DNA of 51,094 nt from positions 1 to 51,094 of the IMG/VR virus record IMGVR_UViG_3300027651_000002; one strand, written 5' to 3'. Shown here piece after piece: positions 15,110 through 23,606 of the stretch (within the stretch, counting starts at the first letter, position 1; every line of letters begins with the position of its first letter). The stretch is from a virus. Under the pieces are notes generated by a model that saw only the letters and a program-made list of their open reading frames with translations, was not told the DNA's origin and searched no databases. The translations under genes were made by a program, and so were the position numbers.

Positions 15110-16029
15110 CGCTGAAGCAGCTCGTTGCCGCGTTCATCGCGCACGAGGAGGACGCGTACACTGGCCACGACGAGCGCCACGTCTCCCGCTACGAGACGGA
15201 TCTCGTCAACTACATCCTGACGCGCTGGGACCGCGTCGAGCAGATCACGTCCGACGCGTGGGACGACGCCGCAGCGAATCTGCACAAGCGCAAAGGCGGT
15301 CCGCTCGGCTCGCGCAGTATCGCGCATCTGGCGAACACACTGCGGCACTTCCTGCGCTACTGCGACGAGGTGGGCGCGCTCGCGAACGTGCCGGAGATCA
15401 AGAGCCCGCCGACGAAGGACCAACGGGCAGAGCGCCAGAAGCGGACCGCACTGACGGCGCAGCAACGAGACCGATTCCTGAGGGCGCTGCTGCAGCTCGG
15501 CGAGGACCGCGCGCACCGGATCTATGTGGCGCTCTTCTTCAGCTTGCTCCGGCAGAACGAGCTCTCGGCGCTCGAGGAGTCGTGGGTGAACTGGAAGCGC
15601 CACGAGATCACTATCCCAGGCGAGCACACGAAGAGCGGCGAGCCGGAGACGATCGACCTGCACCCGCGTGTCCGCCGCGTCCTGCGCGCGCAGCTGCACG
15701 ATCTCGGTCGCAGCCACGAAGGACCGATCTTCGGCCGGTTCGACTTCCACCAGGCGAACACGGCAAAGCTGAAGGGCGGACTGTTCGGCCGCGCCTGCCT
15801 GAAAGCGAAGCTGGTCAAGGAAGACCCGAAGACCGGGAAGATCGTCTTCGCCGGACTGACGCCGCACCACGTCACCCGGCATTCAGCCGCGACCCAGATC
15901 GCCGACCAGCCAGGGACGACGCTCGTCGAGTTGATGGCGCAGGCCCGCTGGCGTAGCCCGGCCATGGCACAGGAGTACCTGCATCCGACCGTGGAGGCCG
16001 GGCGCCGTGCGTCACGCAGGCTGCGATAG
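14845..16029 (+). CDS. int: tyrosine recombinase / phage integrase
   Basis: LLRQNEL (Arg), LTPHHVTRHSAAT (HxxR) and WRSPAMAQEYLH (Tyr). The N-terminus is arm-binding-like (SPFIWARTT). Adjacent to attP. Confidence 0.9.
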   Translation: MAACPPGDTAIPRQPSGPRPWFRQDSPFIWARTTIARRPWYAPTKILQRGGDREAFNREAAALYLEECRRRGVGRGGAPLPRQVVSTLTLKQLVAAFIAHEEDAYTGHDERHVSRYETDLVNYILTRWDRVEQITSDAWDDAAANLHKRKGGPLGSRSIAHLANTLRHFLRYCDEVGALANVPEIKSPPTKDQRAERQKRTALTAQQRDRFLRALLQLGEDRAHRIYVALFFSLLRQNELSALEESWVNWKRHEITIPGEHTKSGEPETIDLHPRVRRVLRAQLHDLGRSHEGPIFGRFDFHQANTAKLKGGLFGRACLKAKLVKEDPKTGKIVFAGLTPHHVTRHSAATQIADQPGTTLVELMAQARWRSPAMAQEYLHPTVEAGRRASRRLR

Positions 16030-16049
16030 CTGAACGGTTTCTGAACGCC
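16030..16049 (+). repeat. arm-type repeat copy 1 (CTGAACGGTTTCTGAACGCC)
   Basis: 18/20 identical to 16197-16216. Each copy contains a CTGAACG doublet. The pair flanks the tRNA-like core. Confidence 0.6.
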
Positions 16050-16078
16050 AAGGGCAGATGCCGCACCGCGGCGACGAA

Positions 16079-16120
16079 TGGCGGCGGGTGGACTCGAACC
16101 ACCTACCTGCGGATTATGAG
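16079..16120 (-). other. attP core candidate: 3-prime half of a tRNA-Met(CAT) gene
   Basis: The minus strand reads CTCATAA-TCCGC-AGGTA-GGTGG-TTCGAGT-CCACC-CGCCGCC-A. This corresponds to the anticodon loop, 3-prime anticodon stem, variable loop, T arm, acceptor strand and discriminator. No 5-prime half is present. Confidence 0.7.
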
Positions 16121-16134
16121 GCGTCCGAGCCCTC

Positions 16135-16153
16135 TGGCGCCCTTTGGCGCCCT
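16135..16153 (+). repeat. tandem TGGCGCCCT x2
   Basis: Read directly: copies at 16135-16143 and 16145-16153. Confidence 0.6.
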
Positions 16154-16196
16154 CCTCACGTCCCCGAGCGAGGCGAGGCATGGGCGGGGCCCATTC

Positions 16197-16216
16197 CTGA
16201 ACGGAATCTGAACGCC
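16197..16216 (+). repeat. arm-type repeat copy 2 (CTGAACGGAATCTGAACGCC)
   Basis: See copy 1. Confidence 0.6.
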
Positions 16217-16230
16217 GCGCCAGAATCGCG

Positions 16231-16253
16231 CGTGGCCCGCCAACGTGGCCCGC
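16231..16253 (+). repeat. tandem CGTGGCCCGC x2 (13-bp phase)
   Basis: Read directly: copies at 16231-16240 and 16244-16253. Confidence 0.6.
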
Positions 16254-16328
16254 TGTCGCGCGACGCTGCGGGGGGTGGCGCGCCACGACGCCGGAATCGC
16301 CACGCGGGCTGTCCTGCCCCTAGAACGC

Positions 16329-16367
16329 AAAAACGCCCGCCACCGCCCCGGAGGGCAGCAGCGGGCG
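16329..16367 (-). terminator. intrinsic terminator after the lysis cassette
   Basis: The minus strand reads CGCCCGC ... GCGGGCG followed by TTTTT, with an inner GCCC-TCCG-GGGC hairpin. Confidence 0.6.
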
Positions 16368-16454
16368 CAGAGCCGAACCCCTCGGAGGGTCGGTATTGCC
16401 TATATCAGAAGCCGAGCCCCAGGCCGACCGCCAGCGGGATCCGCCAGGCGACGT

Positions 16455-16922
16455 CTACGGGACGCGGCGCAGGAGCCGCCAAGCGAACAGGGCGATGGCG
16501 ATCACCGCCACCGTCACAAGCCAGCCGCCGAACGCGCAGGACAGCGCCGGCTTCATCGTGGACGCAGTCGTGATCTGCGTCACCTGCTGCCGCTGTAACG
16601 TTTCCTTCGCGGTCTCCTGCCGCTTCCATTCCTCGGCCGACTTCGCGTTCAGCTCGGACAGCGAGGGTCCGGTGTCCGTCGTCCACGTCCCCTGAAGCAC
16701 CGTAGGCGACCGGCCCGGGACCGCGGAGGGAATCGTCTTCGTGCCGGTGAACACCTCGTGCGCCGGCCCGGTCTGTGTCTTCTGCTCGACCTCGACCTGC
16801 GCCTGGCCGGTCTCCTCGGACTGCTGCGTGGCGGTGCCCTGCTCCTCGGCGTGCTGCTCGAGCTGCGCCTTGTGCGAGGTGACGCAGGCGGCGAGCAGGA
16901 GCAGGAGGAGGAAGCGAGTCAC
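16455..16922 (-). CDS. unimolecular spanin candidate (N-terminal lipoprotein signal plus C-terminal TM)
   Basis: GTG at 16922 overlaps the upstream stop. Lipobox LLLLLLAAC. The C-terminus is GGWLVTVAVIAIALFAWRLLRR. It is the last gene of the lysis cassette. Confidence 0.55.
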   Translation of the reverse strand: MTRFLLLLLLAACVTSHKAQLEQHAEEQGTATQQSEETGQAQVEVEQKTQTGPAHEVFTGTKTIPSAVPGRSPTVLQGTWTTDTGPSLSELNAKSAEEWKRQETAKETLQRQQVTQITTASTMKPALSCAFGGWLVTVAVIAIALFAWRLLRRVP

Positions 16923-17107
16923 AAGAACACCCTGAGGAGGACGGACACCGCCATCAGCCCGCCGCAGATCAGCGCAACACCGCGCCCCAGGCTGGACCCG
17001 CCGTTCGCCTCGCCGCGCAATCCGTACCAAGCATCAGCGCCGCAAAGACCGACGACAAGTAGAACCAGACACCAGGCGATGAAGAGGACATTGAGGAAGA
17101 TCGTCAC
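16919..17107 (-). CDS. two-TM holin/antiholin-like protein (62 aa)
   Basis: GTGA coupling at both ends. Contains the hydrophobic segments IFLNVLFIAWCLVLLVVGL and VALICGGLMAVSVLL. Confidence 0.55.
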   Translation of the reverse strand: MTIFLNVLFIAWCLVLLVVGLCGADAWYGLRGEANGGSSLGRGVALICGGLMAVSVLLRVFL

Positions 17108-17361
17108 TGCGCCACCTCGCCCGTCGCCGGCGAAGGCGGCGTAACCGGATCTCCGTGCGCCGCGACGATCACGACCGCGAGCGCCGCGGCTACGCGGACC
17201 GCGACTGCCCAGCGATGCGAGAAGGACTCGACCTGCTCCGCCCAACTCGCGCCGTAGAGCGCCAGCGCACCGAGTACCATCCGGACCCAGCGCCGGACCG
17301 CATTCTCGTCATGCAGGAGCGCCCACCAGATCAGGGAGAGGCGATGCCAGATCGGGATCAT
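17104..17361 (-). CDS. membrane protein, holin candidate (85 aa)
   Basis: Has 2-3 hydrophobic segments. It lies directly after the endolysin gene with an ATGA overlap. Confidence 0.5.
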   Translation of the reverse strand: MIPIWHRLSLIWWALLHDENAVRRWVRMVLGALALYGASWAEQVESFSHRWAVAVRVAAALAVVIVAAHGDPVTPPSPATGEVAQ

Positions 17362-17906
17362 GCGACACCCAGCGCCTCAACTGCGCGCTTGTAGTAGCCG
17401 ATGCGGAAGTCGAGTCCGTTCGTGCCGCCGTTGATGATCCGGGTGCAGCCCTCGACGTCGCCGGCGTCGGCCGGAACGTTGCAGTGATGGTCCCGCCAGA
17501 AGACAGCCGCCGCCTTGAAGCCCCACTGCGGATCGGCGAGGAGTTGCGGCTGCGCCACGAAGTCGACGCCGAGCGCGGTGCTCAGTTTCGCGTATCCAGA
17601 GCGGCCCGTGATCTGCAGTGGTCCTCGGCCCTTGAAGCGAGGACCGTCGCCGGGCTGCGTGTTGCCGAGCTTGGCAGCGAGCCGCGGGTTGACGCGCATG
17701 TCGTAGGCGTTCCCGTCGGCGATCTCTTCCATGTAGCGGAACTCGGCCGATTCGTGAGCGAGCTGCGCGAGGAACATGGCGGCTCGGAGCGCGGTGGTCA
17801 CCTCGCCGAGCGGCAGGCAGTCGTTCAGCGGGAGCAGCATCTGGAAGATGCGCGTCGCCGGCGCGTAGTGGCAGACGCGCTGCACCTGGAAGGCGGTGAA
17901 TTGCAT
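17358..17906 (-). CDS. endolysin, glycoside hydrolase family 19 (chitinase-like)
   Basis: Contains FLAQLAHESAEFRYMEE and FKGRGPLQITGRSGY. Confidence 0.85.
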   Translation of the reverse strand: MQFTAFQVQRVCHYAPATRIFQMLLPLNDCLPLGEVTTALRAAMFLAQLAHESAEFRYMEEIADGNAYDMRVNPRLAAKLGNTQPGDGPRFKGRGPLQITGRSGYAKLSTALGVDFVAQPQLLADPQWGFKAAAVFWRDHHCNVPADAGDVEGCTRIINGGTNGLDFRIGYYKRAVEALGVA

Positions 17907-17990
17907 AGGGATTCTCCGCGGCTCGATTCCTGGCCGCCCAGACGCTCGGGGCCGTTGCGTTAGCGGCGCGGGTACGCTACCTGATTACCT

Positions 17991-18380
17991 ATGCGGACAA
18001 TCAGCGTGCTAATCGCAGTGTCGGTGTGGACTGCGGCGCGGCCCTCGAGGGCAGACGCTGGCGAGTGGTTTCAGCCACCGCAGGTGCGCGACGTCATGCT
18101 GCTCGGAGCGGCGGAGGCGCTGATCGCCGTCGACGTCCTGCAGACGCTCGACATGAACCGGCACCCGGAGCGCCACTTCTACGAGACGAATCCGCTGCTC
18201 GGGCTGCACCCGTCAAACACCCGGATCGTCGCGTCTGGAATCGTCGGCGGCTTGGCGGCAGCGACCATCTGGTACGCGCTGCCGTCTCGGGTGCGCTGGG
18301 TGGTCCCGCTCTTCCTCGGTATCGGCGAGAGTGCAGCGATCACCGGGAATGCGCTCGCAGGAATGTCGCTTCGCTTCTGA
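17991..18380 (+). CDS. secreted/membrane protein (129 aa), moron-like
   Basis: Signal-like N-terminus, ETNPLLG motif, C-terminal TM segments, high GC3. It is a lone plus-strand gene between the fibre and lysis genes. Confidence 0.65.
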   Translation: MRTISVLIAVSVWTAARPSRADAGEWFQPPQVRDVMLLGAAEALIAVDVLQTLDMNRHPERHFYETNPLLGLHPSNTRIVASGIVGGLAAATIWYALPSRVRWVVPLFLGIGESAAITGNALAGMSLRF

Positions 18381-19694
18381 TCACCAGAGCCCGTTGGTCG
18401 GGCCGCCCCTGAACCCGAGGTACCGGAAGGACTCGATCTGCGCCGCCTTTGCGCCTGCGGCTGTGCGGCTGCCCATCAAGAAGAACGGCTGCACTGTCGT
18501 TACGTTGCCAAGGGAGAACCCGGACGCGCCGCCGATGAGCTTGCCTGCGCCGGGGATTGCCTTGCCGTTGATCATCCCGGAGACGATCCCGGTCGGCCCG
18601 GTGTTGGGGTTGATCGCCGGGAACAGTCCCAGCCTTTGCGATCCAGCTGCAGCGACGCCTGTGTCCTCGTTCACCCTCGTGGTCACGCCGTTGTCGATGG
18701 ACTTGAGGAACCAGTTACCGTTGACGAGGGTATCGAACACGAAGGCGGCGAGGTTGGCGCCCGTCGGCGAGCCAGTCCAGACGCCGAACATAGCGAATGC
18801 GTTCGTCAGGTTGAGGAGATCGAGGTTGGTCTCGAGGAACCCGAGGAAGCCTCCGCCTCCCACCTGGATGTTGAATTGCGCCGTGGCCGCTTCCCAGTCG
18901 TTGGCGGCAGTCGCGGCTGATGTCAGCACGCCGATTCCGTATCCCGCCGCGACGGCCGGGTTGCCTTGGAAGGTGCCCGCGTTCCCGCTGTTCGTGGCCG
19001 CCCAGAGAGAGGCCGGGATCGTCGCCGGGTAGGCGAAGTCGTCGATGATGTTGACCCTGAGTCCGTGGTCGAGCCAGCGGGACTCGGGGATGATCTGCAC
19101 CTGATCGATCGCAGCGACTTCGCCACCGATCGATGCCGTTCCTCCGCGGACGAAGCGCCAGTCGAAAGTGTGCACGCCTTCGGTCAGCGGGTCGGACATG
19201 AAGCGCCCGGTCACCGTCGCGGTAGTGGCAGTGCAGTTGTATTGCGCGAAGAGGACGCCATCGACGTAGAAGTCGAGGTGATCGGACGCGGCGGTGTTGC
19301 ACTTCACCGTGAAGTAAAAGCCGACGCGCGCAGGCGAGGTCAGCAGCGCGCTCAAACCGAGCGAGCTGTTCGTGTTCGTTCCTTGCGGCGATGGAGCTGC
19401 GGCTTGCGCAGCGCCGAACATCGGCGACGTGGTCGAGCGCACCCACGCCAGGTCAGTGCCGTACCTGGCGGATGGCGTTGTCCATCCCGGCGTCGCGGTC
19501 GGAGGGAAGGCCGCCGCCTCGAACCCTTCGGAGAGTCCGGTCCAAGTGGTGATCGCGGCGAGATAGTCGATGATCTTCTGGGTTCCGACCGTGAACGTCG
19601 CTGCGCTGTCTCCGTCCCCGTCCACGGGCACGTTCATGCTGACCGGAGTCGCCGCGGCAATGTTGCCGGGTATGCCAGAGTACGGAGTGGTCAC
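18381..19694 (-). CDS. tail fibre / receptor-binding protein candidate (437 aa)
   Basis: Distal position in the tail module. Gly/Thr/Ala-rich beta-type composition. Confidence 0.6.
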   Translation of the reverse strand: MTTPYSGIPGNIAAATPVSMNVPVDGDGDSAATFTVGTQKIIDYLAAITTWTGLSEGFEAAAFPPTATPGWTTPSARYGTDLAWVRSTTSPMFGAAQAAAPSPQGTNTNSSLGLSALLTSPARVGFYFTVKCNTAASDHLDFYVDGVLFAQYNCTATTATVTGRFMSDPLTEGVHTFDWRFVRGGTASIGGEVAAIDQVQIIPESRWLDHGLRVNIIDDFAYPATIPASLWAATNSGNAGTFQGNPAVAAGYGIGVLTSAATAANDWEAATAQFNIQVGGGGFLGFLETNLDLLNLTNAFAMFGVWTGSPTGANLAAFVFDTLVNGNWFLKSIDNGVTTRVNEDTGVAAAGSQRLGLFPAINPNTGPTGIVSGMINGKAIPGAGKLIGGASGFSLGNVTTVQPFFLMGSRTAAGAKAAQIESFRYLGFRGGPTNGLW

Positions 19695-19706
19695 TGTGAA
19701 GCCCTC

Positions 19707-21770
19707 TCAGGGTGTCCAGACGACGTTCGATCCGCCGAGCACGCCGTTGCTCGCGCCGAGCGTGCGCGTCGCCGGATAGCCGAGCAGCATTCCTTGCGTC
19801 TGGATCACGATGCGGTTGACCGTCGCGTGCGCTGGCTTCCACGCCTGGATCAGCGCACGGATGAAGTTCGACTCCGCCGAGTTGCTCGCTGGGATCCCTC
19901 CCGCCCAGCCCCAGCTCGGCGGCATGAGCGGGAGCGGGAAGACGACGTCGAACTTCGACCAGAAGGATTGGTTCGGCGGCGAGTAGGCGGAGAGCGGGTC
20001 CGTCTCCCAGATGCCGGAGCCCATCGTCGAGGTGACGAGGTTGCCGGCGCCGAGCGTGGACGGCGCGTTCACGGAGTACGTCTGCACGTACGGCCCAGCC
20101 GGACCTACGCTCTGCTCGATGCTGGCGTATGCGATGTAGAGGCCAGAGTTGACCGTGCCAGCATAGATCTTGGTCCCGTTCGCGCTGGCGAGCTGGATAC
20201 GAACGCGTGGATTTGTGCCGCCAGTTCCAACGCTGCCGGTGAACTCGCAGCGATACCAGCCATTGCCGACCGAGGTGATCTTTCCGGTCGGCGTCACCCC
20301 GCCGCTGCTTGAGATCGTCCCAATCACCCCATTCGTCAGGTCGTAGTAGATGCCCGGGACGCTGGCGGCGTCGCGGAGCACCTCGGAGAGGAAGAGCCAA
20401 GTCCGCTCCGCCGCCTTCGCGTAAACCGCATACGTACCGGAGAGGTTTGCAGCGATCGCGATGGTCTGCTCGAGGTAGTGCTCTTCGTTGACGACATCCG
20501 GCTCAGAGATCTTAGTAGCGGTTGCCGTACCGTCTGGTGCAGCGGCCGCATTCTTCGTGACCGTGAGATTGCCCGGATACCAAATACCAACGAGTGGGAA
20601 ACCATTCGACCAGATCAGGAGGTTCGTCCCGCCATTGTCGAGCGTGAACTGCTTCCCTCCCCGCACCTGTGCCAGGACGACGTTCGTGTACCCGGTCGCG
20701 TAGAAGGTGCGGAGCAGCCCGAATGCCGTCCCTGCCCACGGCCATGCGTTCCACGCATCCTGCAGCCGCGCCGCGTACGCCGTTCCGCTCTCGCTGAACC
20801 CCTGCGGCATCCCCCGCTCGAGGCCGATCTGGGTGAGCGCGTCGGGTGGTGCGTTCTGCGGCAGCCGGGACTTGAGCGAGAGCCGGAGCCGGTCGGCGAA
20901 GACATCCTTCATCGCGCCGAAGGCGGACTCGAACAGCGTCCCGGTCGGATCGGTGAGCGCGGTCGGCGAGAGCACCTGCTGGTAGTTCTGGAAGTCCTGG
21001 TTGCCGGTGATCTGCATCGGCGGCACGGCGAACTGCGGCGACTGCCGGTCGATCAGGCCGCGCCAGAATGAGTCGGAGATCTCCGCATCGGTGCGGGCGA
21101 CCTTGGAGAACCGAGAGTCATCGATCCGGCCGGTGAAATTGTTAAAGCCCATCGATTCCCCGCCGATGGTCCACCACGGCTGGGGGCTTGGCGTCAGCGC
21201 ATAGGTCAGAATCGTGGCGGTCGCGGTCTTGACGCCATCGAGGAAGTAATCGACCGTGGAATGGGTGGCATCCAGAAACGTGGAGCGCACCGCCAGGTGG
21301 TGCCACGCCCCTTTGGTAAGGGTAGACCAGGATCCGGCCGTCTGGAACCCGTGGGATACGTTGTAGACGAAGAAGCCGATGTTATCGAGGCCGAAGATGA
21401 ATGAGGATCCATTGCCGGCATTGGCGAGAGCGCCAAGACCACCGTGGTTATTCCCGGTTCCGCCGCTGTTCCATGTCGCCGGATAGCTGATGCTGGGGTC
21501 GACCCAGAACCAGCTCTCTGCGGTAAAGTTCCCGGACTGGAGAGCTGCGATCGCTGGGTCGTTTGTGGGGACACTGGCGCTCGAGGCGGCTTGACTCGTT
21601 GTGACGGCCCGAGCGTTGCCAATTTTCCCAGCGACCACAGGCGGCGGCCCGCCCAGAGTGACGAGCGGATAGGTGCCGGTCTCATCCTTCAGAGACGCGG
21701 CCCCGCTGGCATCGTCGAGCCGCCAGAGCGCAAGCGTGTTCCCGTCGAGCTTGTGACCGAGCGTCGCCAT
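19707..21770 (-). CDS. baseplate wedge / tail fibre protein with N-terminal LamG-like lectin domain (687 aa)
   Basis: GAWHHLAVRS...YFLDGV is a LamG-type pattern. The central LTQIGLERGMP...RLQDAWNAW.WAGT resembles the P2 gpI / Mu gp48 family. Confidence 0.6.
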   Translation of the reverse strand: MATLGHKLDGNTLALWRLDDASGAASLKDETGTYPLVTLGGPPPVVAGKIGNARAVTTSQAASSASVPTNDPAIAALQSGNFTAESWFWVDPSISYPATWNSGGTGNNHGGLGALANAGNGSSFIFGLDNIGFFVYNVSHGFQTAGSWSTLTKGAWHHLAVRSTFLDATHSTVDYFLDGVKTATATILTYALTPSPQPWWTIGGESMGFNNFTGRIDDSRFSKVARTDAEISDSFWRGLIDRQSPQFAVPPMQITGNQDFQNYQQVLSPTALTDPTGTLFESAFGAMKDVFADRLRLSLKSRLPQNAPPDALTQIGLERGMPQGFSESGTAYAARLQDAWNAWPWAGTAFGLLRTFYATGYTNVVLAQVRGGKQFTLDNGGTNLLIWSNGFPLVGIWYPGNLTVTKNAAAAPDGTATATKISEPDVVNEEHYLEQTIAIAANLSGTYAVYAKAAERTWLFLSEVLRDAASVPGIYYDLTNGVIGTISSSGGVTPTGKITSVGNGWYRCEFTGSVGTGGTNPRVRIQLASANGTKIYAGTVNSGLYIAYASIEQSVGPAGPYVQTYSVNAPSTLGAGNLVTSTMGSGIWETDPLSAYSPPNQSFWSKFDVVFPLPLMPPSWGWAGGIPASNSAESNFIRALIQAWKPAHATVNRIVIQTQGMLLGYPATRTLGASNGVLGGSNVVWTP

Positions 21771-22097
21771 TCAGCGCCTCGCCGCGTCGACCAGGAGCAG
21801 GATCAGCGCCGGTCCCAGCCGCGAGATCAGATTCAGGTTCCGCTCGCGGGCGCTCTCCGACCCGTGCAGCGCGAACTCGTTCAGCAGCGAGTAGCCGACC
21901 CAGCCGATCGCACAGGCCCGCAGCCCGTCGCGGCCGAAGGCGTATCCGCACGCGAGCGGCAACCCGACGCTCCACGCCGCGTGAGCGGAGACGTTCGTCG
22001 CCTCGGCATCTGATCTAAACCCCCCGGAGAGCACGCGCTCCGGCGACCACGCGGCCGGGCTGGACAGCGTGAGAGTCAGAGCGAGAAGCAAGCCCAT
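21771..22097 (-). CDS. small membrane protein inside the baseplate cluster (108 aa)
   Basis: 18/20 sampled third positions are G/C. Tight packing with both neighbours. Hydrophobic N and C termini. Confidence 0.55.
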   Translation of the reverse strand: MGLLLALTLTLSSPAAWSPERVLSGGFRSDAEATNVSAHAAWSVGLPLACGYAFGRDGLRACAIGWVGYSLLNEFALHGSESARERNLNLISRLGPALILLLVDAARR

Positions 22098-22100
22098 CGG

Positions 22101-23606
22101 TCACACCGCCGTAAACGTGAGCGAGTTGGTTAGGGTGGCCACCTGACCCGTGGTGAGGCCGATGTCGGCCGTTGCGGCGTTCACCGTGAAGCTCGCCACG
22201 TTGCGGATCGCCGGGTACGCGCCGACCGCCGTCTCGCTGGCCGCGCCGACCACCGCGAGCAGTTCGGCGTAGAAGACCTTCACGTTCACGCCGCCGGCGT
22301 CGCTGCCGATCCCGAGCGAGAGGAAGAAGTTGATCAGCGCGGTGGAGACTGCGGCCTGCACCGCTGCGAGCGTCGTCTTCGCGGCGAAGTAGTTCACCGT
22401 GCCGGCGAGCGTCAGCACCACGTTCGTCGCCGCTTGAATCAGCGTGGTCGCGGTGAGCGTGACGCGCGCGTTGATGTAGTTCTGCGCATCGGTGACCGCA
22501 GGGCCGCCGACCGCTCCGGAAGCGCCCGCGAGGTAGATGTCGACCTGCCCGGCTGTCGTCGGGTCCACGATGACCAGCGTCTTCGTGATGGTGGCCGAGT
22601 GCGATGCAGCCACCTCCGCCGACTTCGCCCACAGGTCATACGTGGACGCCGTCGCCGATGTCCCGAGAGCCGGCCAGCGCTGCTGGCAGCGGAGCATCAG
22701 CGCGGCGCCCGTCTCCGCGTCCGCGCCCTGCGAGGTGATCCACGTTCCCGATCCCGGATCCGGGTTATTCACCGTCACGCCCGGGAGCGTCCCGCCGGCG
22801 ATCGTGGTGATGGTGCCGTTGCCGACGTTGTAGGCCGCGCCAGGGGTCAGCGCCTGGACTTGGAGGTTGAGCGTGCCGCCCTTCGTGAGCGTTCCGCCGC
22901 TCGTGTTCGTGTAGAGCAGGCCGCCCGTGGAGGCGAAGGTCATCTGCCCGGCGGTGATGGTGAACGGCCCGGCGCTCTGCGCGTCGGTGATGGTGACCTG
23001 ACCAGCCGTCGCTGCGGCCGGAAACGGATCTAGGCCATAGAACTGCTTCGCGAGCAGAACGGCCCACGAGCCGGTCGCGCTCGTAGTCAGGCCCGCAGCC
23101 GCGAGCGCCGCCTGCTGTGGGGAGAGCGACGCGAGCGACTGCGCCTCGATCTCGACCAGCTGCCGGAGCGCCCCGGAGGCGGTCCAGACCGTGACCTGCA
23201 GCGAGGGCGCGGCGAGCGCGAAGCTGAACGTGTCGCCGACCGTGAACGAGGTCCCGGTTCCGACCGGACCAGAGGCAAAGGTGACGGTGACGCCGGTCGC
23301 ACCGAGCGCGTACGTGCCGGGCGCGGAGGGGATGGTGACGGTCGAGCTGTAGGTCACTCCCCCGTCGAGGCTGTACTGAAAGGCGCCTGTCCCGAGCTCG
23401 CCTGCGGTGACGATCTTGATGATGGACTTCGGGTATGCAGCGCCCGGCGTCCCGGAGAGCGTGATCGATCCGGTCCCGCTGATGACGTTGCCCGCTGCGG
23501 TGCCGCCGGCGACGACCGGGCTCAGCCCCTGGAGCGCGCCGAGCAGCAGCGTCCGCCACTGATCGACCGTGGGGGCGGCCAGCAGCTGCGTCAGCGTGAG
23601 CGCCAT
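22101..23606 (-). CDS. baseplate J-like protein (Mu gp47 / P2 gpJ family) with an inserted beta domain
   Basis: Size, position, and the C-terminal ...YDLWAKSA...VDIYLAG... pattern. Confidence 0.7.
   Translation of the reverse strand: MALTLTQLLAAPTVDQWRTLLLGALQGLSPVVAGGTAAGNVISGTGSITLSGTPGAAYPKSIIKIVTAGELGTGAFQYSLDGGVTYSSTVTIPSAPGTYALGATGVTVTFASGPVGTGTSFTVGDTFSFALAAPSLQVTVWTASGALRQLVEIEAQSLASLSPQQAALAAAGLTTSATGSWAVLLAKQFYGLDPFPAAATAGQVTITDAQSAGPFTITAGQMTFASTGGLLYTNTSGGTLTKGGTLNLQVQALTPGAAYNVGNGTITTIAGGTLPGVTVNNPDPGSGTWITSQGADAETGAALMLRCQQRWPALGTSATASTYDLWAKSAEVAASHSATITKTLVIVDPTTAGQVDIYLAGASGAVGGPAVTDAQNYINARVTLTATTLIQAATNVVLTLAGTVNYFAAKTTLAAVQAAVSTALINFFLSLGIGSDAGGVNVKVFYAELLAVVGAASETAVGAYPAIRNVASFTVNAATADIGLTTGQVATLTNSLTFTAV

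Noticed and set aside
16079-16150. Possible complete tRNA-Met gene
   Set aside because: Only the segment from the anticodon loop to the discriminator is tRNA-like. The sequence where the 5-prime anticodon-stem strand should be (GACGC) cannot pair with TCCGC. No D arm or 5-prime acceptor strand is present. It is treated as an attP core fragment.
18381-21770. Diversity-generating retroelement targeting the fibre genes
   Set aside because: No reverse transcriptase ORF occurs anywhere in the window, and I saw no template/variable repeat pair near the fibre C-termini.
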